Positions 21,361-31,847 of a stretch of 64,000 bases of DNA are shown here, in pieces. This DNA comes from a virus. Lineage: Duplodnaviria > Caudoviricetes. Each line of letters starts with the position of its first letter. The stretch's first letter is position 1. The position numbers and the translations under genes are program-made. The notes under the pieces were generated by a model, which saw only the letters and a program-made list of their open reading frames with translations, did not search any database and was not told where the DNA came from. The stretch spans positions 32,001-96,000 of the IMG/VR virus record IMGVR_UViG_3300029288_001928. One strand, 5' to 3'.

Positions 21361-21388
21361 TTGACTTTAAATTGTGCTCTTTTATAAT
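21361..21388 (+). promoter_or_regulatory. Sigma70-like promoter TTGACT-N16-TATAAT (representative of about 16 copies)
   Basis: Also at 24727, 25462, 26908, 28419, 31488, 33874, 34947, 36712, 37576, 42795, 45381, 46331, 53022, 54649, 57787. Confidence 0.75.
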
Positions 21389-21411
21389 CGTTTCAACAAA
21401 AGGAGACTTTC

Positions 21412-21945
21412 ATGAAAGTTTTTATAATCGTTGGCGTATCTATTCTGATCCTATTAGGAGCAATGGGTGGATGCACTATTAGCTATTACAATACGGCAAT
21501 TGATTTAGAATCACAGTTTAATGCGGTTCAGAAGGACAATCAAAACCAGTATGATAATATGACTAAAAAGATTATGCAATCTGCACAAGTTACGTCTGCA
21601 CAAGCAGATATGATTCGTAATATCATAGTTGAGCATGCACAGGCACGTACTACCGGCGGTGGTGGATTAATGAAGATGGTTACAGAATCCATTCCCACTA
21701 TACCAAGTGAAACTTGGTCAAATTTACAAAACATAATTGTTTCAAGTCGAGATAAATTTGCTTTAGCACAAACTAAATTAATTGACATTAAACGAGAACA
21801 TGATGCGCTAAGACAGAGGTTTCCATCTTCAGTAATTTGTGGTGGCAGACCAGTATTGGATGCAGTAATAGTCACTAGCACTCGTACTCAACAAGCCTTT
21901 GAAACTGGTGTTGATGACGATATCAATCTAAACCTAACAAAATGA
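21412..21945 (+). CDS. LemA-like membrane-anchored protein
   Basis: N-terminal TM, SYYN..IDLE, helical body, QRFPS. Confidence 0.55.
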   Translation: MKVFIIVGVSILILLGAMGGCTISYYNTAIDLESQFNAVQKDNQNQYDNMTKKIMQSAQVTSAQADMIRNIIVEHAQARTTGGGGLMKMVTESIPTIPSETWSNLQNIIVSSRDKFALAQTKLIDIKREHDALRQRFPSSVICGGRPVLDAVIVTSTRTQQAFETGVDDDINLNLTK

Positions 21946-23081
21946 CATATTTACTAATCCTCGTAGCATTATGGTCTGCATTAGCAGGAGTATTCTGGCT
22001 AAAACTGAATACTATTGTTTGGTGGGAATGGTTACTAGGTACTATCATTGGTATTCTAGTAACTGTAACTACTTGGTATATTATAAAAAATGGTCGTACC
22101 CATGACATAGAAATGTGGAGTGGTACAGTATCTTCTGCTATTTACATACCAGAATGGGTTTCGCACCATGAAAGGGCAGTATATAGAACAGTAATAAATT
22201 CAAAAGGAAATTCTAGTAGAGTATTCTCTCACTATGAAACATATTATGTAACACATTCACCAGAATATTCTGTAAATACTACATTAGGAACGTTTAATAT
22301 TTCAAAAGATAAATTTTCATATCTTGTTGAAAAATTCGGAGGGAAAAAGTCTGTTTCTGGTCATAGACCATCATATCATTCTGGTGATAGGAATGACTAT
22401 CATACAGTTAATAACAATAATTGGGAAGAACCATGTACCGATCTAAGATCGTTTGAAAATAAAATAAAGGCAGCACAGTCAACGTTTTCTTTTCCAGAAG
22501 TACCAAAGGACGTTCCTGTGTTTAAATGGCCAGAATTAGATGGGGTTAAACGTTCCGAAAGATTATTGGGTAGAGCAAGACAACAAATTAATATTCTAGA
22601 ATTTGATAGAATGAATTCAAGATTAGGGCCATTTAAAAAGGTCAACGTAATTATCATAGGATTTCCAGAATCATCTTCGACCGATATCGCCACGCTACAA
22701 GAGGCAGCATGGATCGGTGGCAAGAAAAATGATTTGGTCCTTTGCTACGGAGGTAAGGAATCCTCAAAATGGTCATATGTCTTTGGATGGACAGATGAAA
22801 TGCTAGTTAAACGAAATCTTGAAACAATACTATTGCAAAATCCAATCAATGATTCTATACTGCCTCTAATAGAAACAGAAATCCGCAAGAATTATAAATT
22901 AAAAGATTGGTCACAATTCGATTATATTTCTGTTCCTATGCCTTGGTGGTCTTATCTGTTAACTATTTTATTGTTATCAATCTCACAAGGTATATTTTAT
23001 TACTTCGCCCATAATAATGACGTTTCAAAAGATAGTAAAAATAACGCACGAATAATATTCAAAGGATTTAACCATGTCTGA
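21942..23081 (+). CDS. Membrane protein, coupled to the LemA-like gene
   Basis: Two N-terminal and one C-terminal TM segments. Confidence 0.55.
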   Translation: MTYLLILVALWSALAGVFWLKLNTIVWWEWLLGTIIGILVTVTTWYIIKNGRTHDIEMWSGTVSSAIYIPEWVSHHERAVYRTVINSKGNSSRVFSHYETYYVTHSPEYSVNTTLGTFNISKDKFSYLVEKFGGKKSVSGHRPSYHSGDRNDYHTVNNNNWEEPCTDLRSFENKIKAAQSTFSFPEVPKDVPVFKWPELDGVKRSERLLGRARQQINILEFDRMNSRLGPFKKVNVIIIGFPESSSTDIATLQEAAWIGGKKNDLVLCYGGKESSKWSYVFGWTDEMLVKRNLETILLQNPINDSILPLIETEIRKNYKLKDWSQFDYISVPMPWWSYLLTILLLSISQGIFYYFAHNNDVSKDSKNNARIIFKGFNHV

Positions 23082-24465
23082 CTGGAAAGAACAAAAAGCT
23101 AAAGCAGGCGATGATGCTTTATCAAAAGATTTCCCTGATTACGAAGTCGTAGAACATCGTATCGGAAATCAAACAAACGCAGAAGAAAATAATAATAAAT
23201 TCTTTAGCCTAGAATTGCATAAATCCTCCACAGGAAAATGGAGAGTATATTCAAACTACGGTAGAGTATCGTCAGATGAATATACTGGCGCGGTAGGAAT
23301 TTACGGACCATCAGATGAAACAGATATGAGAGCATTCTTTGAGTCTAAATTTAAATCAAAAGTTAGACCGTCTAAAGGGTATAAAGAAATAGAATTCGTT
23401 ACTGCTAAAGTAGGATCGCCTAAAGCAAGACAAAAGAAAAATAAAATAAGTGACGAATTTATTCCAGAAACTAAAAAACAAAAATTGGTAGAAAATACTA
23501 CTCTTCCTAAAATTGACCTACATCCAGATATAGCTAGATTAATTGAACAATGGTATAAAGAAACCTCATCAACTATTAAAAATAACTCTGCTGTTGAAAT
23601 TACATCAGATGGTCTTACAACACCATTGGGTGTATTATCTTTTAAACAACTATCAATCGGTAGAGATATTCTAAAAGAAATTAACGATTCACTAACAAAT
23701 AAAGATAAAATAAGAAAACTAACAGGAGATTTCTATTCAAATATTCCTGCAAAACTTGGAAGAAAAATATCAGATGATGATTTAATCTCCACAAAAGAAA
23801 TTATAGAACAAAAACAAACACTAATAGATTTAATGGAAGATGCTCTAGAAGTTGGTGGTGCATCATTTACTTCTCCAACAATTCAGAAATTCATTGATCT
23901 AGGAATATCTATAGATTTTATCCCAAAAGCAGATCAAGAATGGGCAAGAGTACAAAAAAATATTATTAATACAAAAGGACATAATCACTACTCAACAACT
24001 ACAAAAGTCAAACACGTGTTTAAAATAAAATTAAAAGATCAGTCAACATTTAATTCATGTCGTATTGTAAATCAACAAGAATTGTATCACGGCACAAGAA
24101 ATTGTAATATTACTGGTATTTTAAAATCTGGTATGAAAATCGCTCCACCAGGAACACCTACAAATGGGTCGATGTTTGATGTTGGATCGTATTTTGGTTC
24201 ACAATCAACAAAATCAATTAATTACTCTTTATACCCATTTCCCGGTATGGGAAATCCAAAAAACTGCTTCCTATTCCTTTTCCAAGTTAAACTAGGAAAA
24301 CAAATGGAATTGTATGATGCATGTTACAATGCAAGAACCTTATGTAAACAAAAAGGATATGATTCTGTTTGGGGTAAAAAAGGAAGATCCTTGATCCATG
24401 ACGAATATATCGTTTATGATACTGCACAAACTATGGCTACACATATAATTGAGTTGGAACGATGA
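23074..24465 (+). CDS. WGR-domain poly(ADP-ribose) polymerase-like ADP-ribosyltransferase
   Basis: WGR (NNNKFF.LE...YGRV...F.SK...KGY), helical domain (TPLGVLS..QL, FYSNIP), catalytic H-Y-E: LYHGT, GSYF, DEYIVY. Confidence 0.9.
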   Translation: MSDWKEQKAKAGDDALSKDFPDYEVVEHRIGNQTNAEENNNKFFSLELHKSSTGKWRVYSNYGRVSSDEYTGAVGIYGPSDETDMRAFFESKFKSKVRPSKGYKEIEFVTAKVGSPKARQKKNKISDEFIPETKKQKLVENTTLPKIDLHPDIARLIEQWYKETSSTIKNNSAVEITSDGLTTPLGVLSFKQLSIGRDILKEINDSLTNKDKIRKLTGDFYSNIPAKLGRKISDDDLISTKEIIEQKQTLIDLMEDALEVGGASFTSPTIQKFIDLGISIDFIPKADQEWARVQKNIINTKGHNHYSTTTKVKHVFKIKLKDQSTFNSCRIVNQQELYHGTRNCNITGILKSGMKIAPPGTPTNGSMFDVGSYFGSQSTKSINYSLYPFPGMGNPKNCFLFLFQVKLGKQMELYDACYNARTLCKQKGYDSVWGKKGRSLIHDEYIVYDTAQTMATHIIELER

Positions 24466-24719
24466 CATTAATATCATTTTTAGCATACTATATTAGTTCT
24501 GGGCTTTTTCTCGTCCTATTCTACTTCCTCATCCAACATAAAGGAATAGATAATTGGATAAAATCATCAATAGAAAAAGAAAAATCTAAAAAGTTTAAAC
24601 TCGTTACAACATTAAAAAATACAAATGGAATTGATGAATATATAAAATCATTTGTTTTTGTTTCTATGATATTCCCTATTATACCACTTATTTTTATCGT
24701 AGGAGATTTGTCAGATTAA
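24462..24719 (+). CDS. Small membrane protein
   Basis: Two hydrophobic segments. Confidence 0.45.
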   Translation: MTLISFLAYYISSGLFLVLFYFLIQHKGIDNWIKSSIEKEKSKKFKLVTTLKNTNGIDEYIKSFVFVSMIFPIIPLIFIVGDLSD

Positions 24720-24778
24720 AAACTATTTGACTTTCAAAAACTCTCTATTATAATAGATTCAACAAAAAGGAAAACATT

Positions 24779-25453
24779 ATGAACCTAACAGACCGCGTTG
24801 AACAAGCTATCGTCTCTTTCCTAGAAAAAGGAGACGCTTTTACACTCCTTGATATCTCAAATAGTGTAAAAAATGACGGCAATGGATTCGTTCGCCATCG
24901 TGATTGTAGAGAAGAAGCAATCTCTATTCTTCACCGTCTTGAAGATGATGAAGATGAAAATATCGCAGACTATATGTGTACATCAATAATGGTAACTACT
25001 CCAAGAGGTCAAGAATATGCAAGCCTTTATCATAGAGAAGATTTTGACCCAGATGACTATGTAAATAAATGCCAAGTAGCACTAAAACCCTCACAAATTC
25101 AAACTCAAACCATTAAACCAGTTACACCTGTACCATCTACTAATCCAACAAACCCATCGCCTATATTCAATACCTCAACATTTAAAACAAACGCCCATGT
25201 GTATAAACTACTAAAACCAATGCGAAAAGACGGATCTATAGAAATACCTAAGAGTCTACTAGTTGAATCTGGTCTACTTAATAAAGTGATAGATATAGTA
25301 AACCATCCAAATAGCATAAGTCTTGTACCAGGACAGAGTAGAATCGCAATATCAGGAATGAGAATTTCTAAGACATCACTAGCTAAATCAAATTTGGAAT
25401 CTGACGACATAATTGAAGCAGCATCTTTCACCGATAAAATAGTTCTAGCATGA
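24779..25453 (+). CDS. Hypothetical protein, possible C-terminal AbrB-like domain
   Basis: Promoter and RBS; DGSIEIPKSL motif. Confidence 0.45.
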   Translation: MNLTDRVEQAIVSFLEKGDAFTLLDISNSVKNDGNGFVRHRDCREEAISILHRLEDDEDENIADYMCTSIMVTTPRGQEYASLYHREDFDPDDYVNKCQVALKPSQIQTQTIKPVTPVPSTNPTNPSPIFNTSTFKTNAHVYKLLKPMRKDGSIEIPKSLLVESGLLNKVIDIVNHPNSISLVPGQSRIAISGMRISKTSLAKSNLESDDIIEAASFTDKIVLA

Positions 25454-25533
25454 AAAAGTAGTTGACAAGTATAAATACAATGTTATAATAGTCTCATCAT
25501 TTGAAAATTATATATTGTGGATGACATTCTTAC

Positions 25534-25613
25534 TGCGGTGTAGAGAAACGGCCATCTCATTACCCTCATAAGGTAAAGAAAGCACCTAAGCGGTTCAACT
25601 CCCGCCACCGCAT
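25534..25613 (+). tRNA. tRNA-Met(CAT), atypical variable and T region
   Basis: tgcggtg/caccgca acceptor; ttacc-ctCATaa-ggtaa. Confidence 0.7.
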
Positions 25614-25616
25614 CTA

Positions 25617-25750
25617 TGCACGAATGCCAGAAAGGTTTACATCTATCAGGAAGACGAGGCGCGTGGTTCAAATCCCGCTTCCCCCATTAACGGGGGGAAT
25701 AGCTTAGTGGTTAGAGCGCGAAAAATAGACTTTTCAATTTTTGTCGTGCA
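25617..25750 (+). ncRNA. Y RNA (YrlA-like) 1 with a permuted tRNA-like domain
   Basis: Terminal stem tgcacGAATGC...ttttgtcgtgca; internal T-arm, closed acceptor (ttccccc/gggggaa), then D-arm. Confidence 0.8.
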
Positions 25751-25757
25751 TTTTTAT

Positions 25758-25831
25758 GGTCCCATCATATAACAGGCTAGTATACCAGATTTTCATTCTG
25801 GCAATCGTGGGTTCGACTCCCCGTGGGACTG
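25758..25831 (+). tRNA. tRNA-Glu(TTC)
   Basis: ccaga-ttTTCat-tctgg. Confidence 0.85.
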
Positions 25832-25839
25832 CTATTTAT

Positions 25840-25912
25840 GCCCCTGTAGCACAACTGGAAGTGCAAGTGTTTTCTACACACTAGGTTGCATGTTCAAATC
25901 ATGCCAGGGGTG
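25840..25912 (+). tRNA. tRNA-Arg(TCT)
   Basis: agtgt-ttTCTac-acact. Confidence 0.85.
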
Positions 25913-25914
25913 CT

Positions 25915-25975
25915 AACACGAATGCTGGAAAGTTTACATCTTCAAAAACTAAACTTTCTAAATTTTTGTCGTGTT
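25915..25975 (+). ncRNA. Minimal Y RNA 2 (Ro-binding stem only)
   Basis: aacacGAATGCtggaaagtttacatc...taaactttctaaatttttgtcgtgtt. Confidence 0.7.
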
Positions 25976-25994
25976 TTTTGTCATCCACAAACCG

Positions 25995-26022
25995 AAAGAC
26001 TCTCTTTTGGAGAGTCTTTTTT
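25995..26022 (+). terminator. Intrinsic terminator of tRNA cluster 1
   Basis: aaagactctc-ttttg-gagagtcttt followed by Ts. Confidence 0.85.
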
Positions 26023-26050
26023 GTTATAAATAATTTAGAGGTATTAACTT

Positions 26051-26911
26051 ATGAAAATATTATCATTAAATGGTGGAGGCTCACTTGGATATTGTACTGC
26101 AATATTTCTAAGAGAGTTAGAGAAGTACATAGGTGTTCCATTAATAGATTATTTTGATATGTTTGCTGGTGTATCAACAGGGTCATTGATTGCTGCTGCC
26201 TTAGCATCTGGTAAGACAGTAAATGAGATATGTTGGATGTATGAGAATGGTATTCCCAAGATTTTTAAATCACCAAAGTCATTAGTAATGCGTATATTTA
26301 AACCCAAGTTTAAAATAGATGGATTAAAGCAAGTAGTTACTGATATATTTGGAGATTCATTAATATCTGAGGCTAAAAAGAGGGTATTAGTTAGTGCAGT
26401 AAAGATTACAGGGGGTGACATTAAGCCGAAGTTTTGGAAGTCATGGGAAGACAGGGAATTATTTAGAAACGTTTTACTTGCAAGTTGTTCTGCTCCTACA
26501 TATTTTGAGCCATACAATATTCATGAAGATTATTATATAGATGGTGGGATGGCGACTAATAATGTATCAATGTGTGCAGTAGCAGATGCAGTTAAAATGG
26601 GTGTATCTTTAAACTCAATAAAGGTTTTGAACATTGCGTGTTTATCGCGGTGGTCATATGAGTTTAAAAATGCTAAGGGTTTGCAGGGGTTAAAGGATTG
26701 GGCATCTGCTGCGCCGATGGTAGCGACCACATCATCTGAACCATTAGCAGTTTATCAATGTAGTCAGATATTAGGTGAGAACAAGTTTAAACTTATTCAA
26801 TCGAAGATTGATTTAGACATAGATTCAGTAGATATAGATAGGTTAAAGGAGAGAGGATTTTGTTTATTTCCTCATTTACGAGAGACCAAGTTATTTTTAG
26901 AATCTATTTGA
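26051..26911 (+). CDS. Patatin-like phospholipase
   Basis: LSLNGGG, GVSTG (catalytic Ser), ASCSAPTYF, DGG. Confidence 0.9.
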   Translation: MKILSLNGGGSLGYCTAIFLRELEKYIGVPLIDYFDMFAGVSTGSLIAAALASGKTVNEICWMYENGIPKIFKSPKSLVMRIFKPKFKIDGLKQVVTDIFGDSLISEAKKRVLVSAVKITGGDIKPKFWKSWEDRELFRNVLLASCSAPTYFEPYNIHEDYYIDGGMATNNVSMCAVADAVKMGVSLNSIKVLNIACLSRWSYEFKNAKGLQGLKDWASAAPMVATTSSEPLAVYQCSQILGENKFKLIQSKIDLDIDSVDIDRLKERGFCLFPHLRETKLFLESI

Positions 26912-26955
26912 CTTTTGATATTTTTGGTTTAGAATAGTTGAGAAAGGTATAATTT

Positions 26956-28422
26956 GTGAAAACAAAAAAAGAAGTTTTAGAAAAATATTTTGGGTTTAAC
27001 TCATTTAGACCTGGGCAAGAAGAAGTAATTGATGAAGTTTTAAATCCCGATAATAAGGGGGTAGTATGTGTAATGCCTACAGGTGGTGGTAAAAGTTTAT
27101 TATATCAAATACCATCAATATTATTAAAAGGTACATCAATAATTGTATCTCCGCTGATATCATTGATGAAAGATCAAATAGATGCATTACATAAAAATGG
27201 TATAGATGCAGCATTTTATAATTCTTCACAATCTAAAAAGGAACAAGAATCTATTATTAATTCTTTAAATTTGGGATTAGTAGATTTATTATATGTATCG
27301 CCAGAAAGATTTGCAGATCAATATTTTTTAGATATTTTAAAAGATATGGACATTGCTTTATTTGCAGTGGATGAGGCCCATTTAATATCTCAACAGGGGC
27401 ATGATTTTAGACCATCTTATAGAAAATTAAAAAGAGCAATATTAGAATTAAATCCGAAGTCTGTAATTGCTGTTACTGCGACTGCGAAGAAAGCAGTACA
27501 AGATGACATTTGTATTCAATTAGGAATCCCATTAGCAAAAAGATTTATTAGAGGGTTCTTTAGAGATAATATATGTTTAGAATTTGTTGAATCGCATAAA
27601 GGATCAAGATTTTATGATATTGCGAATGAAGTAAAACATAGTGTAGAATATGGAATGAAAACTGGAATAATTTACACACAAACAAAAGATGATGCAGTAA
27701 TGATTTCAGAAATATTACAGAAAGATTTTAAAATACCTTGTTTATATTATCATGCTGGTTTATCTGATGATAAAAGAAAAGAAATACAGGAAGAATGGAT
27801 TATAAAAGGTGGAATAATTGCCGCTACTACTGCAATGGGAATGGGTATAGACAAAAAAGATGTAAGATTTGTATTTCATTGCGGTTTACCTGCATCAATA
27901 GAAGCATGGAGCCAAGAGTGGGGTCGTGCAGGTAGGGACGGTAATGAATCTGTTGCTAAAACATTTACAGACGTTGGCTCGGATAGTTTTTTACAAAAAT
28001 TTTTAATTAATTTATCATTGCCACCTATTAGTGAGATTAAAAAGTTTTGGTATTGGTTATATAATGAGACAAAGCACGATTTGAATTTAAAAATGACACA
28101 AGAAAAAATGCAAGAAAAGTCAAAGTGTAAATTTGTAAGTGGTGCATTATCCGTATTAAAATATAATAACATGGTTGAGACTATAAAAAGAGGAGAATAT
28201 AGAGTTAAAGAAAGATATTCTTCTATTAATGTTATTGATGAGTTAGTAGATTGGAAATCACATTTAGATAGAAGAAATTCCAAATTAGAAATGTTAAAAC
28301 AAATGATTGATTTATCATGTAACAATAGTGACTGTAGGATGTTACAAATATTAGAATATTTTGGTGATACATCATATACAAAACCATGTGGTAGATGTGA
28401 TGTTTGTCAAAAATCTATTTGA
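26956..28422 (+). CDS. recQ: RecQ-family helicase
   Basis: FRPGQEE, MPTGGGKSLLYQ, VDEAH, MGIDK, GRAGRDG, C-terminal Zn site CR...CGRCDVC. Confidence 0.92.
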   Translation: MKTKKEVLEKYFGFNSFRPGQEEVIDEVLNPDNKGVVCVMPTGGGKSLLYQIPSILLKGTSIIVSPLISLMKDQIDALHKNGIDAAFYNSSQSKKEQESIINSLNLGLVDLLYVSPERFADQYFLDILKDMDIALFAVDEAHLISQQGHDFRPSYRKLKRAILELNPKSVIAVTATAKKAVQDDICIQLGIPLAKRFIRGFFRDNICLEFVESHKGSRFYDIANEVKHSVEYGMKTGIIYTQTKDDAVMISEILQKDFKIPCLYYHAGLSDDKRKEIQEEWIIKGGIIAATTAMGMGIDKKDVRFVFHCGLPASIEAWSQEWGRAGRDGNESVAKTFTDVGSDSFLQKFLINLSLPPISEIKKFWYWLYNETKHDLNLKMTQEKMQEKSKCKFVSGALSVLKYNNMVETIKRGEYRVKERYSSINVIDELVDWKSHLDRRNSKLEMLKQMIDLSCNNSDCRMLQILEYFGDTSYTKPCGRCDVCQKSI

Positions 28423-28467
28423 CTTTTAAAATCTAACCTGTAAAATATAATTAAAGGAGTCATAAAA

Positions 28468-28896
28468 ATGACAGATTTATCATTTCCAGCAGAGTTAATA
28501 GAAAAAGTAGAATCAGACAATAAAGATGAAAAACCATTAATTACGTTAAAAAATGTAAATATGGTAGAATTTATTAAAGAGATTTTAAAAGATGAATTGG
28601 TAGAAAAATTTCTTTCCAATACTGATGTATTAGATATGTTTGCACGAAGAATTGGTGTAGAAGGTCTGCTTCGTACTTATAATAAGGAAGAAGTATGTGA
28701 TAAAATCACATGGGATTATATTAAAGAATATTTCTTAGATCATATTGAATCATCTGATATTCTTGATTATATAGGTTGGGAAACTGTATCTAATCATTTT
28801 AAGGATCATATTGATTCTGTAGAACCTAGTAAAGAAGATATAAATAATGGTGGATCTATATTGGAGAAACTGAATGCAAATAAGGGAAAAAATTAA
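28468..28896 (+). CDS. Hypothetical protein
   Basis: ORF with promoter and RBS AAGGAG. Confidence 0.55.
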   Translation: MTDLSFPAELIEKVESDNKDEKPLITLKNVNMVEFIKEILKDELVEKFLSNTDVLDMFARRIGVEGLLRTYNKEEVCDKITWDYIKEYFLDHIESSDILDYIGWETVSNHFKDHIDSVEPSKEDINNGGSILEKLNANKGKN

Positions 28897-29596
28897 ACAA
28901 ATATTAGAAGAAAATTATAAAAGTTTAGTAGGTACTTTTGGTGAAAAGCAAAATAAGGGGAAAATGTATCTTCGTAGAGAAGATGCAAAACGAAAGAGAA
29001 AAGAACGAGCAAAAGATAAATCTTCAAATAAAATAGTAGAAAATGAAGATTGTGTCGATCCAAAAGAAATAGTTAAACAACAACGCAGAAATCTCAAAGG
29101 GGGGTTAAGACTAACTCCTCTTGAGACGTTTGCTGCAAAATTAATCTATTATATAGAAACAAAAAAACAAAAACATATAATAGAAGCAATAGAATTAATG
29201 GAAGATTATCCAAAATTAGGAAAATATGTTAAAGAACAAAGTAAAAAAATACTTCCTAAATATGAATTCTGTGTTTATGCTGGTAGAGAACGTTTAGATG
29301 AAGAAATAGGTCAAATATCACAAAGATCCGATGGTGATTATCATAACTGGACACTTTCAAAAGAAAGTGTTAAATATGTATTTAATGAAAGTGAATCTCC
29401 ATATACAATGGAGTGTAAAATAGTTCCAGATGATGTTATAATATACATTCCCGCGTTTACACAATTAATGGAAAATGTTATCCTTGAAGGATTGATAGAA
29501 GAACCATCAAAAAATGTAATCAGAGATGCAAAAAAACAAGAAGAAATTATCCTACCTGGAAAATATAATGAAGGATATATTATAGGAGTTAATTAG
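28874..29596 (+). CDS. Hypothetical protein
   Basis: ORF. Confidence 0.5.
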   Translation: MQIREKIKQILEENYKSLVGTFGEKQNKGKMYLRREDAKRKRKERAKDKSSNKIVENEDCVDPKEIVKQQRRNLKGGLRLTPLETFAAKLIYYIETKKQKHIIEAIELMEDYPKLGKYVKEQSKKILPKYEFCVYAGRERLDEEIGQISQRSDGDYHNWTLSKESVKYVFNESESPYTMECKIVPDDVIIYIPAFTQLMENVILEGLIEEPSKNVIRDAKKQEEIILPGKYNEGYIIGVN

Positions 29597-29598
29597 CA

Positions 29599-29958
29599 AT
29601 GAGTATAGATAATATGCATAAAGCATTTGAAGGCTGGAAAGCTATTAAATCTGGTAAGCGTTCAGTAGAACCACCACAACCAAAAAATGATGTTGATGAT
29701 CAAAAAATAACACCAGAATTAAAAAGAAAACTTTTAATGGAAGCACAAAAAGAAGCAGATAATGCAATTGAAGATCCTGCAAAACATTTAAGAAATGCTT
29801 ATAAACAAAAAATTCAAGCAGAAAAAGCCTCAAAAACTGTTAAACTGGACCCACCAAAAACATTAATGCTATTGTGTGAAGTATCAGAAAAAGGTGGAAA
29901 AATCCTGTCAGTCGAAGAAGCAGGATTTAACGTATATAAAATAACATATATAATATAA
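29599..29958 (+). CDS. Hypothetical protein
   Basis: ORF with RBS. Confidence 0.5.
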   Translation: MSIDNMHKAFEGWKAIKSGKRSVEPPQPKNDVDDQKITPELKRKLLMEAQKEADNAIEDPAKHLRNAYKQKIQAEKASKTVKLDPPKTLMLLCEVSEKGGKILSVEEAGFNVYKITYII

Positions 29959-29967
29959 GGATTTTAA

Positions 29968-30333
29968 ATGGCACAAGAACGATTCGATAGTACATTTAGA
30001 GTAGGTGATGCGGTTACAATCATTGTAAAAGTAAAACCATATATTGATGTAAGTTTACCCCCATCAGCAAATGATTATCGTAGAGTATCATGTGTTAAAA
30101 TAGCAATTTATGATCCTCAAGAAGAATTAGTAGAAGATACAAGAGAAAATCCAAGAGATATGTTACCTGTTCCAAATAGACCAGGATGGTATTATTATAG
30201 ATATCAAACAACACCTGATATGGAACAAGGAGTATATACTGCAATTGCAACTGCATATTGTAAAATAGATACACAAGTATATCAAAATAGAAATGTACAA
30301 GAGTTTAGACTTGTAAATGATGGGATAGCCTGA
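29968..30333 (+). CDS. Hypothetical Ig-like beta protein
   Basis: VGDAVTI...IYDP...GWYYY.Y...GVYTA pattern. Confidence 0.45.
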   Translation: MAQERFDSTFRVGDAVTIIVKVKPYIDVSLPPSANDYRRVSCVKIAIYDPQEELVEDTRENPRDMLPVPNRPGWYYYRYQTTPDMEQGVYTAIATAYCKIDTQVYQNRNVQEFRLVNDGIA

Positions 30334-31085
30334 TGGCACTTTACGATAAAACTGATAATTATTCCAATTTATGTCCAGATGGTCCATCTGGTGAAACAAG
30401 AAGTGAAGTAAATCACGTTCTTGAAATAAATGAATCTCATTCAGATAACTTTTTATTAGTAATTCCACGATTACCAGTTGCGAGATATTTAAGTAGTTAT
30501 TTTAGTGAAATAACTAATCCTAAATATTTTTTTGATACTCCTGCTACATCAGGAACATCTGGTACTTCCAGTACACCAGATATATCAACATGCTCATCTG
30601 CATCTGTTACACAAGATAAAATTAGAAGAGAAGAAAATCTGGATATTACAAATTTCAGATTATATATTTCTGGATGCACTATGCCAGATGTTACTATAAA
30701 TCCAGTAACATTAGGTACACAATTTGCAGATATTAATAGAGCATCAAAAATACAATTTGGTGATTTAACGACAAATATGCAAATTAGCGAAAACTTTATA
30801 AATTATAATGTAATATTATTCTGGATGTATGCTCTCCATAACCCACAAGAATATAATAAACTATTCGGTAGACAAATGATCCAAACATTCTTTACGGAAA
30901 TTCATCTAATAGTTACAAATAACCATAGAGAAAAAATAGCAGAATTTAAATTCATAGACGCATTTCCTTCAACTATGGGCGGTCCTCAATTCGATTATAA
31001 AAACGCAGATAAAATAAATACAGCAGTCACTTGGAAACATTCTGGTATGCAACCATGTGATAACTTTATTCTAAAATACGTTTGA
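30333..31085 (+). CDS. Tail completion/sheath stabilizer (T4 gp3-like)
   Basis: MPDVTI...KIQFGDL...ENFINY..I..WM...FKFIDAFPST. Confidence 0.65.
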   Translation: MALYDKTDNYSNLCPDGPSGETRSEVNHVLEINESHSDNFLLVIPRLPVARYLSSYFSEITNPKYFFDTPATSGTSGTSSTPDISTCSSASVTQDKIRREENLDITNFRLYISGCTMPDVTINPVTLGTQFADINRASKIQFGDLTTNMQISENFINYNVILFWMYALHNPQEYNKLFGRQMIQTFFTEIHLIVTNNHREKIAEFKFIDAFPSTMGGPQFDYKNADKINTAVTWKHSGMQPCDNFILKYV

Positions 31086-31094
31086 TTTTTATTT

Positions 31095-31478
31095 GTGAGG
31101 ATATATAATAATACTATGACAGATAGATCAAATTGTAAATTCGCATTAATAAAAAATCTAGATTCTACTACTGTAGTAAATTCTGATGGATCTACTATTA
31201 AAAAAACAAAAAAAGTAATACAAAAAATTGACGAAAATGGCCAACCTATGTTTACTATCCAAGAAGTAACTGTAAAAAAAGGCTGTAAGTGTAAAGGTAA
31301 TCAAACTACCGAAATAGTACAAAAAAAAGTCCCTGTTACAGAAGAAATATGGGTCGAAGAAGTCGTATCACATCAACAAGTGTCTGTAGAATCAGGACTT
31401 ATAATGTGTAAACTATACGGAAAAGTAAAACGAACCTTCTGCGATAAATGCTCTACCTTCAAACCTAAACCATCTTAA
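31095..31478 (+). CDS. Hypothetical Cys-containing protein
   Basis: ORF. Confidence 0.45.
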   Translation: MRIYNNTMTDRSNCKFALIKNLDSTTVVNSDGSTIKKTKKVIQKIDENGQPMFTIQEVTVKKGCKCKGNQTTEIVQKKVPVTEEIWVEEVVSHQQVSVESGLIMCKLYGKVKRTFCDKCSTFKPKPS

Positions 31479-31588
31479 AAAAAGTAGTTGACTTTTAATT
31501 TCGACCTGTTATAATTGATCCCAGACAAAAGAAAAACTTTTCGGAAACGAAAAGAACGAGTATAAATAAAACCTAGAGGGAACAAAAA

Positions 31589-31708
31589 ATGACTTGCTTA
31601 TCTCTGAATACAAAGTATAATAAGCAAAATATGGCACCAAAATATTGCCATATTACATCCCTCTCCGTCGATTCATTTAGTGATCGTATTGGAGGGATCC
31701 AGAGGTAA
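31589..31708 (+). CDS. Putative 39-aa leader peptide of the tRNA array (MTCLSLNTKYNKQNMAPKYCHITSLSVDSFSDRIGGIQR)
   Basis: GAGGG RBS at 31576; downstream of two promoters; final codons overlap the antiterminator strand. Confidence 0.6.
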   Translation: MTCLSLNTKYNKQNMAPKYCHITSLSVDSFSDRIGGIQR

Positions 31709-31730
31709 GTAGGAATACATAGAGATTCCG

Positions 31731-31761
31731 AAAGCCTCTGGGAAACCCCAGAGGCTTTTTT
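31731..31761 (+). terminator. Intrinsic terminator/attenuator upstream of the tRNA array
   Basis: aaagcctctggg-aaac-cccagaggc-tttttt. Confidence 0.9.
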
Positions 31762-31847
31762 AATGGTCTTTTACAATTATATATCGTGGAATATAATAAA
31801 GGTTAAACCCCTCTTGGATAGGGTAAAATCTATCCAAGAGATTTTTT

